Source of the DNA: Peptococcaceae bacterium | GTDB taxonomy: Bacteria > Bacillota > Peptococcia > DRI-13 > UBA5745 | Length of the DNA: 38,777 bases | NCBI GenBank assembly: GCA_031265035.1 | Contig: JAISDE010000142.1 | Span: 1-38,777 of the forward strand | Reading direction: 5' to 3' | Shown here: piece by piece, positions 8,166-17,728 of the stretch | How the letters are laid out: each line of letters opens with the position of its first letter | Numbering within the stretch: the first letter of the stretch is position 1 | Position numbers and translations under genes: made by a program | The notes under the pieces: model-generated | What the model was told of the DNA's origin: nothing | The model's database searches: none | The model's input: the letters and a program-made list of their open reading frames with translations, nothing else

Positions 8166-9174
8166 AAACATTGCCTTTCCAGGCGTTTGGCTCAGCGCCA
8201 TTGTTGAGCGACGCCCAATAGCTCGCTACAGGGTTCGGGTCATTTTTGTCGCGGTATGACAGCAACGTGTCATACCAACCCCGTTGTGACACCCCAAACC
8301 CATTGGCGAGGCCGATATCTGACAGACCATCGGCGCCAAGCTCTATTTTGAACACAGCGTCTTTTATATTGGCCAACCCTATTTTTTGGAGTTCCGTCAG
8401 TCCGTCCTTGATATAAGAAACTGTCGCCGCCGCCTCATTTAGCAGAGTTTGAGACATCAGCGAGCCGCTATATTCGGCGGATACCTTCTCGCCGATGACC
8501 TCAAATACATCGCGGCGGTCAGGTGTGAGAATAGCGTCGTCCTCAAACCGCAAATCAGCCAGTGAAAGCCCAGTCCATTGTCTGAGCGCGCTGTCTATTT
8601 GATATTTTTTCAACTGGTTTTTTGTGACTTGAACAGGGACATCGTTTGTTGAGTTTTTGATATGGGCGAACATCAGCCGACCAAGGCTGGTAGTATTCCA
8701 AGCTTTGGCCATCCCGTCGTTGGGGTCGACTCGCGCGGCATTGAGCGCGTTAGCTATCTGTTCCGCTTTCCCGGCATTTTCCCCTGAAACGTTGAACCTG
8801 TAGCTTGAGTCAACCGAAATCTCGAAATTCTCCCCAGCGACAATCTCAATCCCGTTTTCCCGCAACGCGCCGGCCACCGCGTCATTCATATAGTCGCGCT
8901 GCTGGATACGCCTTTGGGCAAGTTCTATTTGGATCATACGAATATTGCCGTTTTCGTCGCGGAGATACTGCTGCTCTCGCGGCAGGCTTGATTGAACTCT
9001 GGCGTTTACACTCAGGACAACCTCGTCCCTTATCACTGGCGCGCGCGCGGCAGGGCCAAGATCATTCACTTTTACGCGCCCGGTACGCGCCCCCGCCCGC
9101 TTTTGTGGCAACATAGAGTCAAGAAGCGCTTTTCTCTGCTGAAAAAGATAATCATTCATGTTGCTGATGTTCAT
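8164..9174 (-). CDS. Hypothetical protein, possibly DUF4885-like
   Basis: 336-aa ORF with GAGGTGG RBS; LRENGIEI....FEISVD..YRFNVSG resembles DUF4885 from memory. Confidence 0.6.
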   Translation of the reverse strand: MNISNMNDYLFQQRKALLDSMLPQKRAGARTGRVKVNDLGPAARAPVIRDEVVLSVNARVQSSLPREQQYLRDENGNIRMIQIELAQRRIQQRDYMNDAVAGALRENGIEIVAGENFEISVDSSYRFNVSGENAGKAEQIANALNAARVDPNDGMAKAWNTTSLGRLMFAHIKNSTNDVPVQVTKNQLKKYQIDSALRQWTGLSLADLRFEDDAILTPDRRDVFEVIGEKVSAEYSGSLMSQTLLNEAAATVSYIKDGLTELQKIGLANIKDAVFKIELGADGLSDIGLANGFGVSQRGWYDTLLSYRDKNDPNPVASYWASLNNGAEPNAWKGNV

Positions 9175-9266
9175 AACTCAACCCCACCTCGCCATCTATG
9201 GGAGTAAGCCAAATGCCAAAACTCTCCTGCCGGGTCGGCCCGGGCCGGCATACCCCTACTGTATTA

Positions 9267-9293
9267 TTATCGAACGAAACGAGGAAAACTTAA
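9267..9293 (-). promoter_or_regulatory. Sigma-28 (FliA/SigD)-like promoter
   Basis: TTAAGTTT-N11-TTCGATAA versus consensus TAAAGTTT-N11-GCCGATAA. Confidence 0.5.
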
Positions 9294-9431
9294 CCGTTCC
9301 CCGCCCCTTTTTTGCAGGCTGTTCAAAGGTGTCCGCGAACTGGATAGCAGTCAATAGCCTATATTTATCGCGATATGCCCGTTTGCTATAATGTAACAAG
9401 GATGTCTTCGATCTGCGAGAGGAGTTGAGAA

Positions 9432-9539
9432 AGGTAAATCAAACTCCGTTATCACCCCGCTCTTGGTTACTCGCCCAATCTTATTCCCTTGATTCTCGCT
9501 AAACCAAAGAGCGTTATAATTGCCAAAAACAATAAGACA
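9432..9539 (-). pseudogene. Single-blade fragment of a virginiamycin B lyase (Vgb)-like beta-propeller gene
   Basis: Manual translation CLIVFGNYNALWFSENQGNKIGRVTKSGVITEFDLP matches the Vgb repeat pattern G.LWF.E...NKIGRIT..G.I.E..LP. Confidence 0.7.
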
Positions 9540-9822
9540 TCTTATTACAACAGGGCAGAATTATGCAAGCAGTATTGCGTATCTATGCTATTTGCTGTAT
9601 AATAGAATGCAAGAAAAAGGAGTTGATTATGTTGGCAAATAAAACATTGGCGGACAAAGCGATTACCGTCCGAGTGGACGGCGCGACAAAGGAACAGGCT
9701 GAAAAAATGCTGGACGAGATGGGCATTAACATGACAACGTAAATCCCCTGAAATAATTATAAGTGTACCATCAGCCAAATGCGTAAAGCGCTTGAAATAA
9801 AGGAATTTCGCGTATTTGATAC

Positions 9823-9876
9823 TTGACAAACTATAGCCTATACACGTATAATATGGATATATTATACGTGTATAGG
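9823..9876 (+). promoter_or_regulatory. Transposase promoter overlapped by a perfect 18-bp-arm palindrome
   Basis: TTGACA (9823-9828), 18 bp, TATAAT (9847-9852); arms at 9837-9854 and 9859-9876. Confidence 0.8.
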
Positions 9877-9886
9877 GCGGTTTGAG

Positions 9887-11665
9887 ATGCATATTATTGA
9901 GAACTACAACGCTAAAGCGGACAGAGTATATTGCTACGTCGGCGAATGCCAATGGGACAGGCTGGTCAAAAAATATATCAACACCAGGATCTCAATCGGG
10001 CACCTTGATGGCACGCCAACCTATTTCGTGCCAAACAGAAGATTTATGGCGCTCTTTTCCATGGAAGCGAGGGGCCAAGAGATACTTGAAAGATTAGACA
10101 GGGACATCCTTGATGTCATAAGGACGAAATATGGGAGCAGCATCCAATTAGCCGACCGCGACGCCGGCGAAGAGCAGACGCGGGTCGCGCGCGCGGTTTT
10201 CTCGGGGCCGTCAATCGTATTCGGCGGCATCACGTCGCGCTACCACATAGACGCGATGCTCAAACGAGCTTTTGGAGAGAGCGACGCGATGGAAATACTG
10301 GCGCTGGCGTGGTATCTGGTGTCCGAGGGGGACGCGCTCGTCAACAGCGACGTGTGGCTGAGTCATTTTGAGAACCCAGCCGGCGGGGAGATCAGCAGCC
10401 AGAATATAACAAAACTTTTGGATCGCGTTGGGCAGGACGGAATCATGTCGTTTTACAAGCAATGGCTGGAGGGGTTCGGAAAGACCGGCGACAAGACGCT
10501 CTACGACCTGACCTCAATATCCTGGTATGGTCGTGGCATCGACATGGCCGATTGGGGGCACAATCGAGACGGCGAGAATTTGCCCCAGGTTAATTTCGCG
10601 CTGCTTTGCGCGCGGAAGTCGGCGATGCCGCTTTTCGCCTGGCCGCTGAACGGCAGCGTGTCTGACGTGAGAACACTGGAGAACACTCTGGGATTCTTGC
10701 GCAAGCTCGACTGCAAACCGGACTGCCTTATGATGGATCGCGGCTTCGCGAGCATGGACAACATCTCCTTCATGCTGAAGAATGGCTATGTGTTCTTGCA
10801 AGCCGCGCGGCTGAACGCCGGATGGGTCCGCGACGCCATAGACGCGGGGAGGGGGATCAGGCTTCGCCCCGACTCCATGCTGAGGGTCGGGAACAGGACA
10901 TACTACGCCAGCACTACAAAATGCCAGTGGGTCGCGCTGAGAAAAACGGACAAGAAAGGGAATGTTTCCGAACCGGAGGTATTGGTGTATCAATGCGGAA
11001 CCGCTAAGGGGGAAAGATATATGGCTAAGGAAGGCGAGAAGATCATCAGCCAGCACCCATGTGTGGCGCATGTTCTTTTCTGCCAAGATCTCGTTGGCCC
11101 GCAGTGGGACTTGTTCATGGGGAAACTGAACGATGAGTATCGGCGGCTCATCAGCGATCCCAGCGCGGCGCCTGCCAACGAGCTAAAGACATACTTTATT
11201 ATTGAGAGGAAGAAATGGGCCAGGGTGCGGAGCGTGGATTTCAATATGGAACGGATCGAGCGGCACCGAGATAAATACGCCGGGCATATTTGCTTCATCA
11301 CAAACGATAAAACCATCAGTCTGGCTGCTGACGCTCTCGGAGAGTACTCAACACGGGACTATATTGAGAAAGACTTTGACGAGATGAAAAACGACCTGGA
11401 CATGCGCAGGATTCGGGTACACACCGATGAGAGGATGAAAGCGCGCCTGCTTATCCAGTTCATCGCCGAAATTTATATGAGGGAGATCAGGGTGCGCCTG
11501 CGGGACTCAGTTGAGTGCAGAAAGATGACAAGGAAGCAGATCGCCTCCCATATCAAGGGCATATACAAGATAAAGTTTACTGGAAAGTATAGGGACATCT
11601 GCCCTGAACTCTCAAAGTCACAACGGGCGATATTGGCGGCTTTGGGGCTGAACGATTCAAGATAA
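9887..11665 (+). CDS. DDE transposase, IS1634/IS4-like
   Basis: YDLTSIS, GHNRDG.NLPQVN, MDRGF, Y..RDYIEKDF..MKN motifs. Confidence 0.9.
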   Translation: MHIIENYNAKADRVYCYVGECQWDRLVKKYINTRISIGHLDGTPTYFVPNRRFMALFSMEARGQEILERLDRDILDVIRTKYGSSIQLADRDAGEEQTRVARAVFSGPSIVFGGITSRYHIDAMLKRAFGESDAMEILALAWYLVSEGDALVNSDVWLSHFENPAGGEISSQNITKLLDRVGQDGIMSFYKQWLEGFGKTGDKTLYDLTSISWYGRGIDMADWGHNRDGENLPQVNFALLCARKSAMPLFAWPLNGSVSDVRTLENTLGFLRKLDCKPDCLMMDRGFASMDNISFMLKNGYVFLQAARLNAGWVRDAIDAGRGIRLRPDSMLRVGNRTYYASTTKCQWVALRKTDKKGNVSEPEVLVYQCGTAKGERYMAKEGEKIISQHPCVAHVLFCQDLVGPQWDLFMGKLNDEYRRLISDPSAAPANELKTYFIIERKKWARVRSVDFNMERIERHRDKYAGHICFITNDKTISLAADALGEYSTRDYIEKDFDEMKNDLDMRRIRVHTDERMKARLLIQFIAEIYMREIRVRLRDSVECRKMTRKQIASHIKGIYKIKFTGKYRDICPELSKSQRAILAALGLNDSR

Positions 11666-11893
11666 TACACGTATAATTCTCTGGGGGATTTACGATGACA
11701 ACCTACATCGCGTCAAGCCTTAAAGCCTTAGTCCGCGAGCGAAGAATCCCCTTTGATATGGTCACGCGAGAGTATCTAGCGGATCAAATCATTCTGGCAA
11801 AACTGGCCGAAGCCGAAAGAGAGATTGCCGACCCAAACACTGTGTTATTAGACCATGACGAAATTTTTGGCCCAATCAGGAAGCAATTCGGTT

Positions 11894-12022
11894 ATGAAGT
11901 ATAGGGTTCGGCATACGCCGCTATCCAACCGAGAAGTAGCCGCCATAGCCAAAGCCCTCGCGCGATATCCTAAAAAACTTATTCCGCGCGACGCCATTGA
12001 TTTTTTCCCTTCATTAACTTAA
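11894..12022 (+). pseudogene. Truncated RelE/ParE-like toxin (N-terminus only)
   Basis: ATG overlaps the antitoxin end; MKYRVRHTPLSNREVAAIAKAL resembles a ParE/RelE N-terminus; stops after 42 codons. Confidence 0.6.
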
Positions 12023-12023
12023 A

Positions 12024-13379
12024 ATGGTAATGACGGGAGGGATCAATATAATTATCTTAAAACGCGGCCTGACTTATCTCTTGCTCCTGCTGTTTTGCAA
12101 CATCGTCCTCGTAGCGGGCGCCCTGCCCGGAGCCGCGGCCATATTGGCCGCTGTCGCGCTGGCCGTCTTTTATATTCGCTTCAACGTGATCCCCCGGGGG
12201 GACAAATCCCCCCAGCGCCGGCTCAGGATCCTGATCGGCGGCTATGAGTTGGCCCTGGCCGCTATCACCTGCTTTACTTTTGAGATTTTAGCTTACCTCT
12301 ATATCATCCTAGGCCCAACAAATATCGCGATACCCGCCCTCACCGTTAACGCCCTGATAAGCGCCGGCCTGATCTTTATTCTGCTCTTCAACGGCATAGC
12401 CCGCATATTTGTCTGCTCCGGCCAGTTGGGGATTATGCCCAGAGTACTTTTGGCGCTTTTCTGGTGGCTGCCGGTGGTGAACCTTCTCCTGCTCAGGCAA
12501 TTTCTCAGCGCGTCCAGCGGCGAATATGAGTTCACGCTTCAAAAGCGTCAACTCAACGCGGCGCGGCGGCAGGATGAGCTGTGCAAGACCCGTTACCCGC
12601 TCTTGCTGGTACACGGGATATTTTTTCGGGACTGGGAGAATTTCAATTACTGGGGCCGAATAGCTAGGGAATTGACGGACAACGGCGCCGCGATATATTA
12701 CGGCAAACATCAGTCCTCCGCCTCGGTGGAGCGATGCGCGGGCGAACTCAAACAATGCGTCTTGGATATCCTGCGGGAGACCGGCCAGGAAAAGGTCAAT
12801 ATCATAGCGCACTCCAAGGGCGGCCTCGACTCGCGGTACGCGATCAGCTGTCTCGGCCTGGGCGAGCGGGTAGCGTCCCTCACGACTATCAATACGCCGC
12901 ACCTGGGCTGCGAATATGTGCGCAAGCTATTGGACGCCATCCCGGCCAAGGCGGTATCGGCCATAGGTAAAGGGTATGAGTCAATCTATACCAAACTGGG
13001 CGACGACAACCCTGATTTTCTCAATGGGCTGAAGAACCTCACCGATCAGGAATGCGCCCGGCTGAACGGCGTCATGCCAGACCACCCCGCCGTTTTATAC
13101 CAAAGCGTCGGCTCGCGGATGCGGTCGGCCGCCAGCGCCGTCTTCCCGCTGAGTTTGGGCTATTCCATTATCAAGCTCTCCGGCGGCGGCGACAACGACG
13201 GTCTCGTCACCACGGCGTCAATGGTATGGGGCGATTTTCTCGGCGTCGTCAGCCCCAAAGGCCGGGATGGTATTTCCCACGGCGACATCATCGACCTGAC
13301 CCGCAAGAATATCAAGGGTTTCGACGTTTGCGAGTTTTATGTCGATCTGGTAAACAAGCTAAAGTTAAAGGGGCTGTGA
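12024..13379 (+). CDS. Membrane-anchored alpha/beta-hydrolase (lipase/esterase)
   Basis: About 5 N-terminal TM helices; LVHG, AHSKGG nucleophile elbow, TPHLG, NDGLV, SHGD. Start codon uncertain. Confidence 0.88.
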   Translation: MVMTGGINIIILKRGLTYLLLLLFCNIVLVAGALPGAAAILAAVALAVFYIRFNVIPRGDKSPQRRLRILIGGYELALAAITCFTFEILAYLYIILGPTNIAIPALTVNALISAGLIFILLFNGIARIFVCSGQLGIMPRVLLALFWWLPVVNLLLLRQFLSASSGEYEFTLQKRQLNAARRQDELCKTRYPLLLVHGIFFRDWENFNYWGRIARELTDNGAAIYYGKHQSSASVERCAGELKQCVLDILRETGQEKVNIIAHSKGGLDSRYAISCLGLGERVASLTTINTPHLGCEYVRKLLDAIPAKAVSAIGKGYESIYTKLGDDNPDFLNGLKNLTDQECARLNGVMPDHPAVLYQSVGSRMRSAASAVFPLSLGYSIIKLSGGGDNDGLVTTASMVWGDFLGVVSPKGRDGISHGDIIDLTRKNIKGFDVCEFYVDLVNKLKLKGL

Positions 13380-13558
13380 TACCAGCATGTCAGCCTGGGC
13401 AATTAAGGTGGGCAATTAAACTTGCGATTTGCAAGGCCCTGTCAGCCTGTCAGATTTTCATGGAACTCGCTTAAAAAATATGATATACTACCTGTGACTT
13501 GTGAAAATCCCAAAGAAAAATCTGATCGCCCGTATAACTAGCGGCGCAGGGGGAAAAC

Positions 13559-15628
13559 ATGCGCAATCCGGCTCATCAGGATCAACAAGCTACCGCTCCG
13601 CCCGACCGTCACCCGCCAGCTGGCGCCCAGCCGGCCCTTGACTATCCCTCGTCGGCCAGCGCCCAACCGGCGCCGGGCCAGGGACTGGCGGAGTTGATCG
13701 CCCATCTGCCCGGTATGCTCTATCAATGCCTGAACGAGCCGCCGGATTACCCTTTTACTTTCGTCAGCGACGGCTGTCTGAGCCTGACCGGCTGCCGGCC
13801 GGCGGAGCTACTGGGACAACCCTTCGCCAAATTTCTCGCCCTGGCCCATCCCGAGGACGCCCCGACGCTAAACGCCTTATATGAAAAGGCCGTCGCCGGC
13901 GGGTCGCCTTGGGAGATCACTTTTCGCCTGAGCCATCCGGACGGCGGCGTCAGATGGGTCTGGGCCAAAAGCTGGACGGCGGCTGGCGCGCCCGCCGCCG
14001 CCCCCAACCTGTCGGCGGACACTCCCACCGGCGCCCCCAATCTGTCGGCTGGCGCGCCCGCTCCCCATATACTGGAGGGCTTTTGCGCCGATATCACCGG
14101 GCAGCGCCATTTGGAGGCGGCGGAACTGGCCAACCAAGCCAAAACAGAGTTTCTGGTCAACATGAGCCATGAGATCCGCACCCCCATGAACGCCATTTTG
14201 GGCATGACCGATCTGGCCCTCCGACAAACCCCGCCCGAGCCGACGGGGGAATATTTGCGCAATATTCGGACAGCCTCCAATTCCCTGCTGGCTATCATCA
14301 ATGACATTTTGGATTTCTCCAAAATCGAGGCCGGCGCGATTGAGATCATGCCGGAACGATACGATACTCAGCCCTTTATTCACGACCTGGCGACCATGAT
14401 CGACATGCGAATTGGCAAAAAGCCCCTAGAATTTATCATAGAGGACGACCCGGATTTGCCCAGTGAGATGATCGGCGACGTGAGCAGGATCAAGCAAATC
14501 GCCATCAATCTGCTGACCAACGCCGTAAAATTCACCAAGACCGGCCATGTTCGCCTGCGGATCAACGCGGATAACACGCCGGACCCGGAAAAGGTTCAGC
14601 TAAACGTCGAGGTGGAGGATACCGGCATCGGCATCAAAAAAGAGGATATCGATCGCCTTTTCGGTTATTTCTCCCAGGTGGACACGAAAAGAAACCGCAA
14701 TATCGAGGGCACGGGCCTGGGCTTGGCCATCTCCAAACGGCTGGTCAACCTGATGGGCGGGGAAATCAAGGTGGAGAGCGTTTACCGCAAAGGCTCCTGT
14801 TTTCGGTTTTCTGTGCTTCAGGGCGTGGCCGACCGGACGCCGGCGGTACGGATCGCCCCGGCGACGGGCTGCCGGGCGGCGATCTGGCTGGACAACCGGG
14901 CCAAGGCCAAAAGCCTGGCCGACAAGCTAGAACGCCTGGGCGCGAGAGCGGAGATCATCTATTATCCGGAAAAACTCGCCCAGTACACCCATTTATTTTT
15001 TGATTATTACCGTTTTGACCGTTTCACGCCGGAAGAAGGGATCGAAACCAAGCTGATCGCCCTGAGCGGCAATTTCATGGACGAGCAGGATTTGCCTGGC
15101 GATGTGATCACCGTCCGCTCCCCTTTGTATTCCGCGGCGGTGGCGGAATTGTTGGACGCGGGCTACCACCGGCCAGTCGACCATGAGGCGGAAAACGAGG
15201 AACCCACCGATTTGATCCTCAGCGATACCCGCTTGCTGGTAGTGGACGACAATGAGATCAATTTGCTGGTGGCGGAAAATATGCTGGCGGCCTACGGCGG
15301 GGAAGTGGAGAAGGTTCGCTCCGGCCAGGAGGCGCTGGACATGGTTTATTCCGGCGATTACGACCTGGTGTTTATGGATCATATGATGCCGGATATGGAC
15401 GGGGTGGAGACGACGGCGCTGATCCGGCAGTTGCCGGGAGACAGGTTCAAGAACTTGCCCATCGTGGCGCTGACGGCCAATGTGGTGGGCGATGTCAGGG
15501 AAATGTTTCTCCGCAGCGGCCTGAATGATTTCCTGTCCAAGCCCATTCGCCTGCGGGAGGTAGAGCGGGTGTTGCGGCAATGGCTGCCCCGGGATAAGTG
15601 GTCACAAAGCGGCTTCGACGGCAGATAA
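13559..15628 (+). CDS. Cytoplasmic hybrid sensor histidine kinase (PAS-HisKA-HATPase-REC)
   Basis: HPED PAS motif, [36 protein letters not shown]...FMDHMMP.MDG...KP. Confidence 0.93.
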   Translation: MRNPAHQDQQATAPPDRHPPAGAQPALDYPSSASAQPAPGQGLAELIAHLPGMLYQCLNEPPDYPFTFVSDGCLSLTGCRPAELLGQPFAKFLALAHPEDAPTLNALYEKAVAGGSPWEITFRLSHPDGGVRWVWAKSWTAAGAPAAAPNLSADTPTGAPNLSAGAPAPHILEGFCADITGQRHLEAAELANQAKTEFLVNMSHEIRTPMNAILGMTDLALRQTPPEPTGEYLRNIRTASNSLLAIINDILDFSKIEAGAIEIMPERYDTQPFIHDLATMIDMRIGKKPLEFIIEDDPDLPSEMIGDVSRIKQIAINLLTNAVKFTKTGHVRLRINADNTPDPEKVQLNVEVEDTGIGIKKEDIDRLFGYFSQVDTKRNRNIEGTGLGLAISKRLVNLMGGEIKVESVYRKGSCFRFSVLQGVADRTPAVRIAPATGCRAAIWLDNRAKAKSLADKLERLGARAEIIYYPEKLAQYTHLFFDYYRFDRFTPEEGIETKLIALSGNFMDEQDLPGDVITVRSPLYSAAVAELLDAGYHRPVDHEAENEEPTDLILSDTRLLVVDDNEINLLVAENMLAAYGGEVEKVRSGQEALDMVYSGDYDLVFMDHMMPDMDGVETTALIRQLPGDRFKNLPIVALTANVVGDVREMFLRSGLNDFLSKPIRLREVERVLRQWLPRDKWSQSGFDGR

Positions 15629-15670
15629 ATTACCGCGGACAAATTTAGCGACGGAGGAACAAGCGACAAG

Positions 15671-16432
15671 ATGAAGGCGATTGTGCTCGCCGCGGGATAC
15701 GCCACCAGGCTCTACCCGCTAACCGAAAAACAGCCCAAGGCGCTGCTGCCCATCGGCGGCAAAGCGATTTTGGGTTACATCATGGAAAAATTGGACGTCT
15801 TGCCTGAGTGCGAGGAAATCCTGATCATCTCCAACCACAAATACATCCGGCATTTTACCGAGTGGCTGGGCCAATGGGCCGGCCGATTGCCGGTCGCCCT
15901 GCTAGACGACGGCAGCGAGGATGTGACCGACAGCCTGGGCGCTATCGGCGACATCGTCCACACCATTCGGGCCAGGGGCATCGACGAGGATGTCCTGATC
16001 GTGGCGGGCGACAATTTTTTTGACTTTCCCCTGGACGGCTTCCTGCTGGCCTGCCGGGAAAAAGGGCGGGACGGCGTTTGCGCCGGCAGGGTAACGGACA
16101 AAAACCGGCTGCGGCAAATGGGCGTGGTCTCGCTGGATCAGCGAGGCGATATCCTCCACATCGAGGAAAAGCCGGCGCTGCCCCGCTCAGATTTGGCTCT
16201 GTACGCTATTTATTATTATACCCGAGCAACACTCAGGCTCTTTGACTTGTATGCCCGGGAGGGTAATGTCATGGACGCGCCGGGCCATTTTCTGGTCTGG
16301 CTGCGCCGACAAAAACCGATTCTCGCTTATTTGTTCGAGGGTGAGTGCCATGATGTGGGCACACCCGAAAGTTATGGCGCCTTGCGGGAGAGATTTGACC
16401 GGTCGGCGACGGAAAATGAGGTGAAATCATGA
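15671..16432 (+). CDS. Sugar-phosphate nucleotidyltransferase
   Basis: LAAGYATRLYPLT..PKALL, AGDN, EEKP, DVGT. Confidence 0.9.
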   Translation: MKAIVLAAGYATRLYPLTEKQPKALLPIGGKAILGYIMEKLDVLPECEEILIISNHKYIRHFTEWLGQWAGRLPVALLDDGSEDVTDSLGAIGDIVHTIRARGIDEDVLIVAGDNFFDFPLDGFLLACREKGRDGVCAGRVTDKNRLRQMGVVSLDQRGDILHIEEKPALPRSDLALYAIYYYTRATLRLFDLYAREGNVMDAPGHFLVWLRRQKPILAYLFEGECHDVGTPESYGALRERFDRSATENEVKS

Positions 16433-17640
16433 AGATAGCGCTGTTTACCGATACGTTCTATCCGCAGCTCAACGGCGTGGCCGCCTCTGTGTTGACGCTG
16501 CAAAATAATTTAGCCGCCCTGGGCCACCAGGTCTACGTGGTCACTACCACGGATCCCGAGGCGCCGCCGGGGGAAACGACGGTCGTCCGGCTGCCCAGCC
16601 TGCCTGTCCCCCACCTGCGGGAAAGGCGCATCGGCATGTTTTATCATCCCCGGCTGGCCCGGCTGATCAGGAGTTGGGAGTTGGATCTGATCCATACCCA
16701 CACGGAGTTTTGCCTGGGCAGCTTTGGGCGCTATCTGGCCCGGGATCTGCAAATTCCCCTGTTGCACAGCATGCACACGATCTATGAGGATTATACCCAT
16801 TACTTAGCGAAACTCGCCAAGCTGCGAATGTTGAGCGGCCTGGCGAAAGCGGCGGCCAGAAAGATCAGCGCCGATTTCTGCAATTCCGCCGATCACGTCA
16901 TCGTGCCCACCGACAAGGTGCGGGATTTGATGCGGTCTTATGGGGTCTGGCGGGAAATCGCCACTGTGCCCAGCGGTATATTGGTGGAGAAATTCGCCGG
17001 CGGCCAGGAGGATCCATCTGACCGGGAGGCCCTGCGGGCCGACCTGGGGATCAAAGCCGGCGAACGGGTTTTGCTCTACATCGGCCGGCTGGCGGAAGAA
17101 AAAAATCTGACGGAATTGCTGCGGGATCTGGCGACGTATCTGACCGCCCAGGATAATATCCGGCTGCTGCTCATCGGCGACGGCCCGGACAGGGGCCGGC
17201 TGGAAGACCTGGCGGCGTCTTTGGGCATCGGATCCCGGGCGATTTTCGCCGGGGCCAGGCCCTGGGATGAGATCGAGCGGTATTATCGTCTGGGTGATGT
17301 GTTTGTCAATACCTCCCAGAGCGAGAGCCAGGGCCTCACCTATATAGAGGCGATGGCCGCCGGGCTGCCGGTGGTGGCGAAAGCGGATCGCTGCCTGGAC
17401 GGCGTTTTGGAGGACGGCAAAAACGGCTACGCTTTCCAGGATCAGGCCGGCATGCTGACAGCCTTGGATCTAATCCTGGGGGATGATGCGGCGAGAGAGC
17501 TTTTGGCCCAGCGCGCCCGCCAAACCGCGAGGCGTTTCTCCGCCGCCGGCTACGGGGAGCGGGTGGCCGAGCTGTATCAGGCTGTGTTGGCCGCCGGCAA
17601 GGGTTATCAAGCCGCCAAGAGATATCAAAAAGTTTCCTGA
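16429..17640 (+). CDS. GT4 glycosyltransferase, probable diacylglycerol glycosyltransferase
   Basis: FTDTFYPQLNGV, HTHTEF, HTIYEDYTHY, GRLAEEKN, SESQGLTYIEAMA; ATGA overlap with the upstream gene. Confidence 0.9.
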   Translation: MKIALFTDTFYPQLNGVAASVLTLQNNLAALGHQVYVVTTTDPEAPPGETTVVRLPSLPVPHLRERRIGMFYHPRLARLIRSWELDLIHTHTEFCLGSFGRYLARDLQIPLLHSMHTIYEDYTHYLAKLAKLRMLSGLAKAAARKISADFCNSADHVIVPTDKVRDLMRSYGVWREIATVPSGILVEKFAGGQEDPSDREALRADLGIKAGERVLLYIGRLAEEKNLTELLRDLATYLTAQDNIRLLLIGDGPDRGRLEDLAASLGIGSRAIFAGARPWDEIERYYRLGDVFVNTSQSESQGLTYIEAMAAGLPVVAKADRCLDGVLEDGKNGYAFQDQAGMLTALDLILGDDAARELLAQRARQTARRFSAAGYGERVAELYQAVLAAGKGYQAAKRYQKVS

Positions 17641-17728
17641 GCGCCGACGCTCAGAGCACGCGCTCAGAGCGAGCGTCTGGCTCGGCGCTCTCAACACCGG
17701 CGCTCAACGCCGGCTCTCAGAGCGAGCG
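17639..17728. repeat. Repetitive spacer containing copies of the fumarase-beta 3' end
   Basis: CTCAGAGCGAGCG at 17663-17675 and 17716-17728, partial copy at 17650-17657. Confidence 0.75.

Larger units (their letters stand above)
9738..11694 (+). mobile_element. IS1634-like insertion sequence, 1957 bp
   Basis: Imperfect 34-35 bp terminal inverted repeats starting CGTAAATCCCC; 7-bp target duplication ATGACAA at 9731-9737 and 11695-11701. Confidence 0.9.
9629..11904 (+). pseudogene. RelB/DinJ-family antitoxin split by an IS (9629-9737 and 11702-11904)
   Basis: AGGAG RBS; MLANKTLADKAITVRVDGATKEQAEKMLDEMGIN joins in frame to MTTYIASSLKALVRERRIPF once the IS and one target copy are removed (103 aa). 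Confidence 0.88.

Noticed and set aside
3770-9174. Integron-like cassette array
   Set aside because: No attC-like conserved sites between genes, mixed orientation, and no tyrosine integrase.
9545-9952. 135-aa minus-strand ORF
   Set aside because: Spans the antitoxin 5' half and the IS left end in antisense; chimeric and motif-free.
11695-11904. Stand-alone 69-aa gene
   Set aside because: Better explained as the 3' half of the IS-interrupted antitoxin.
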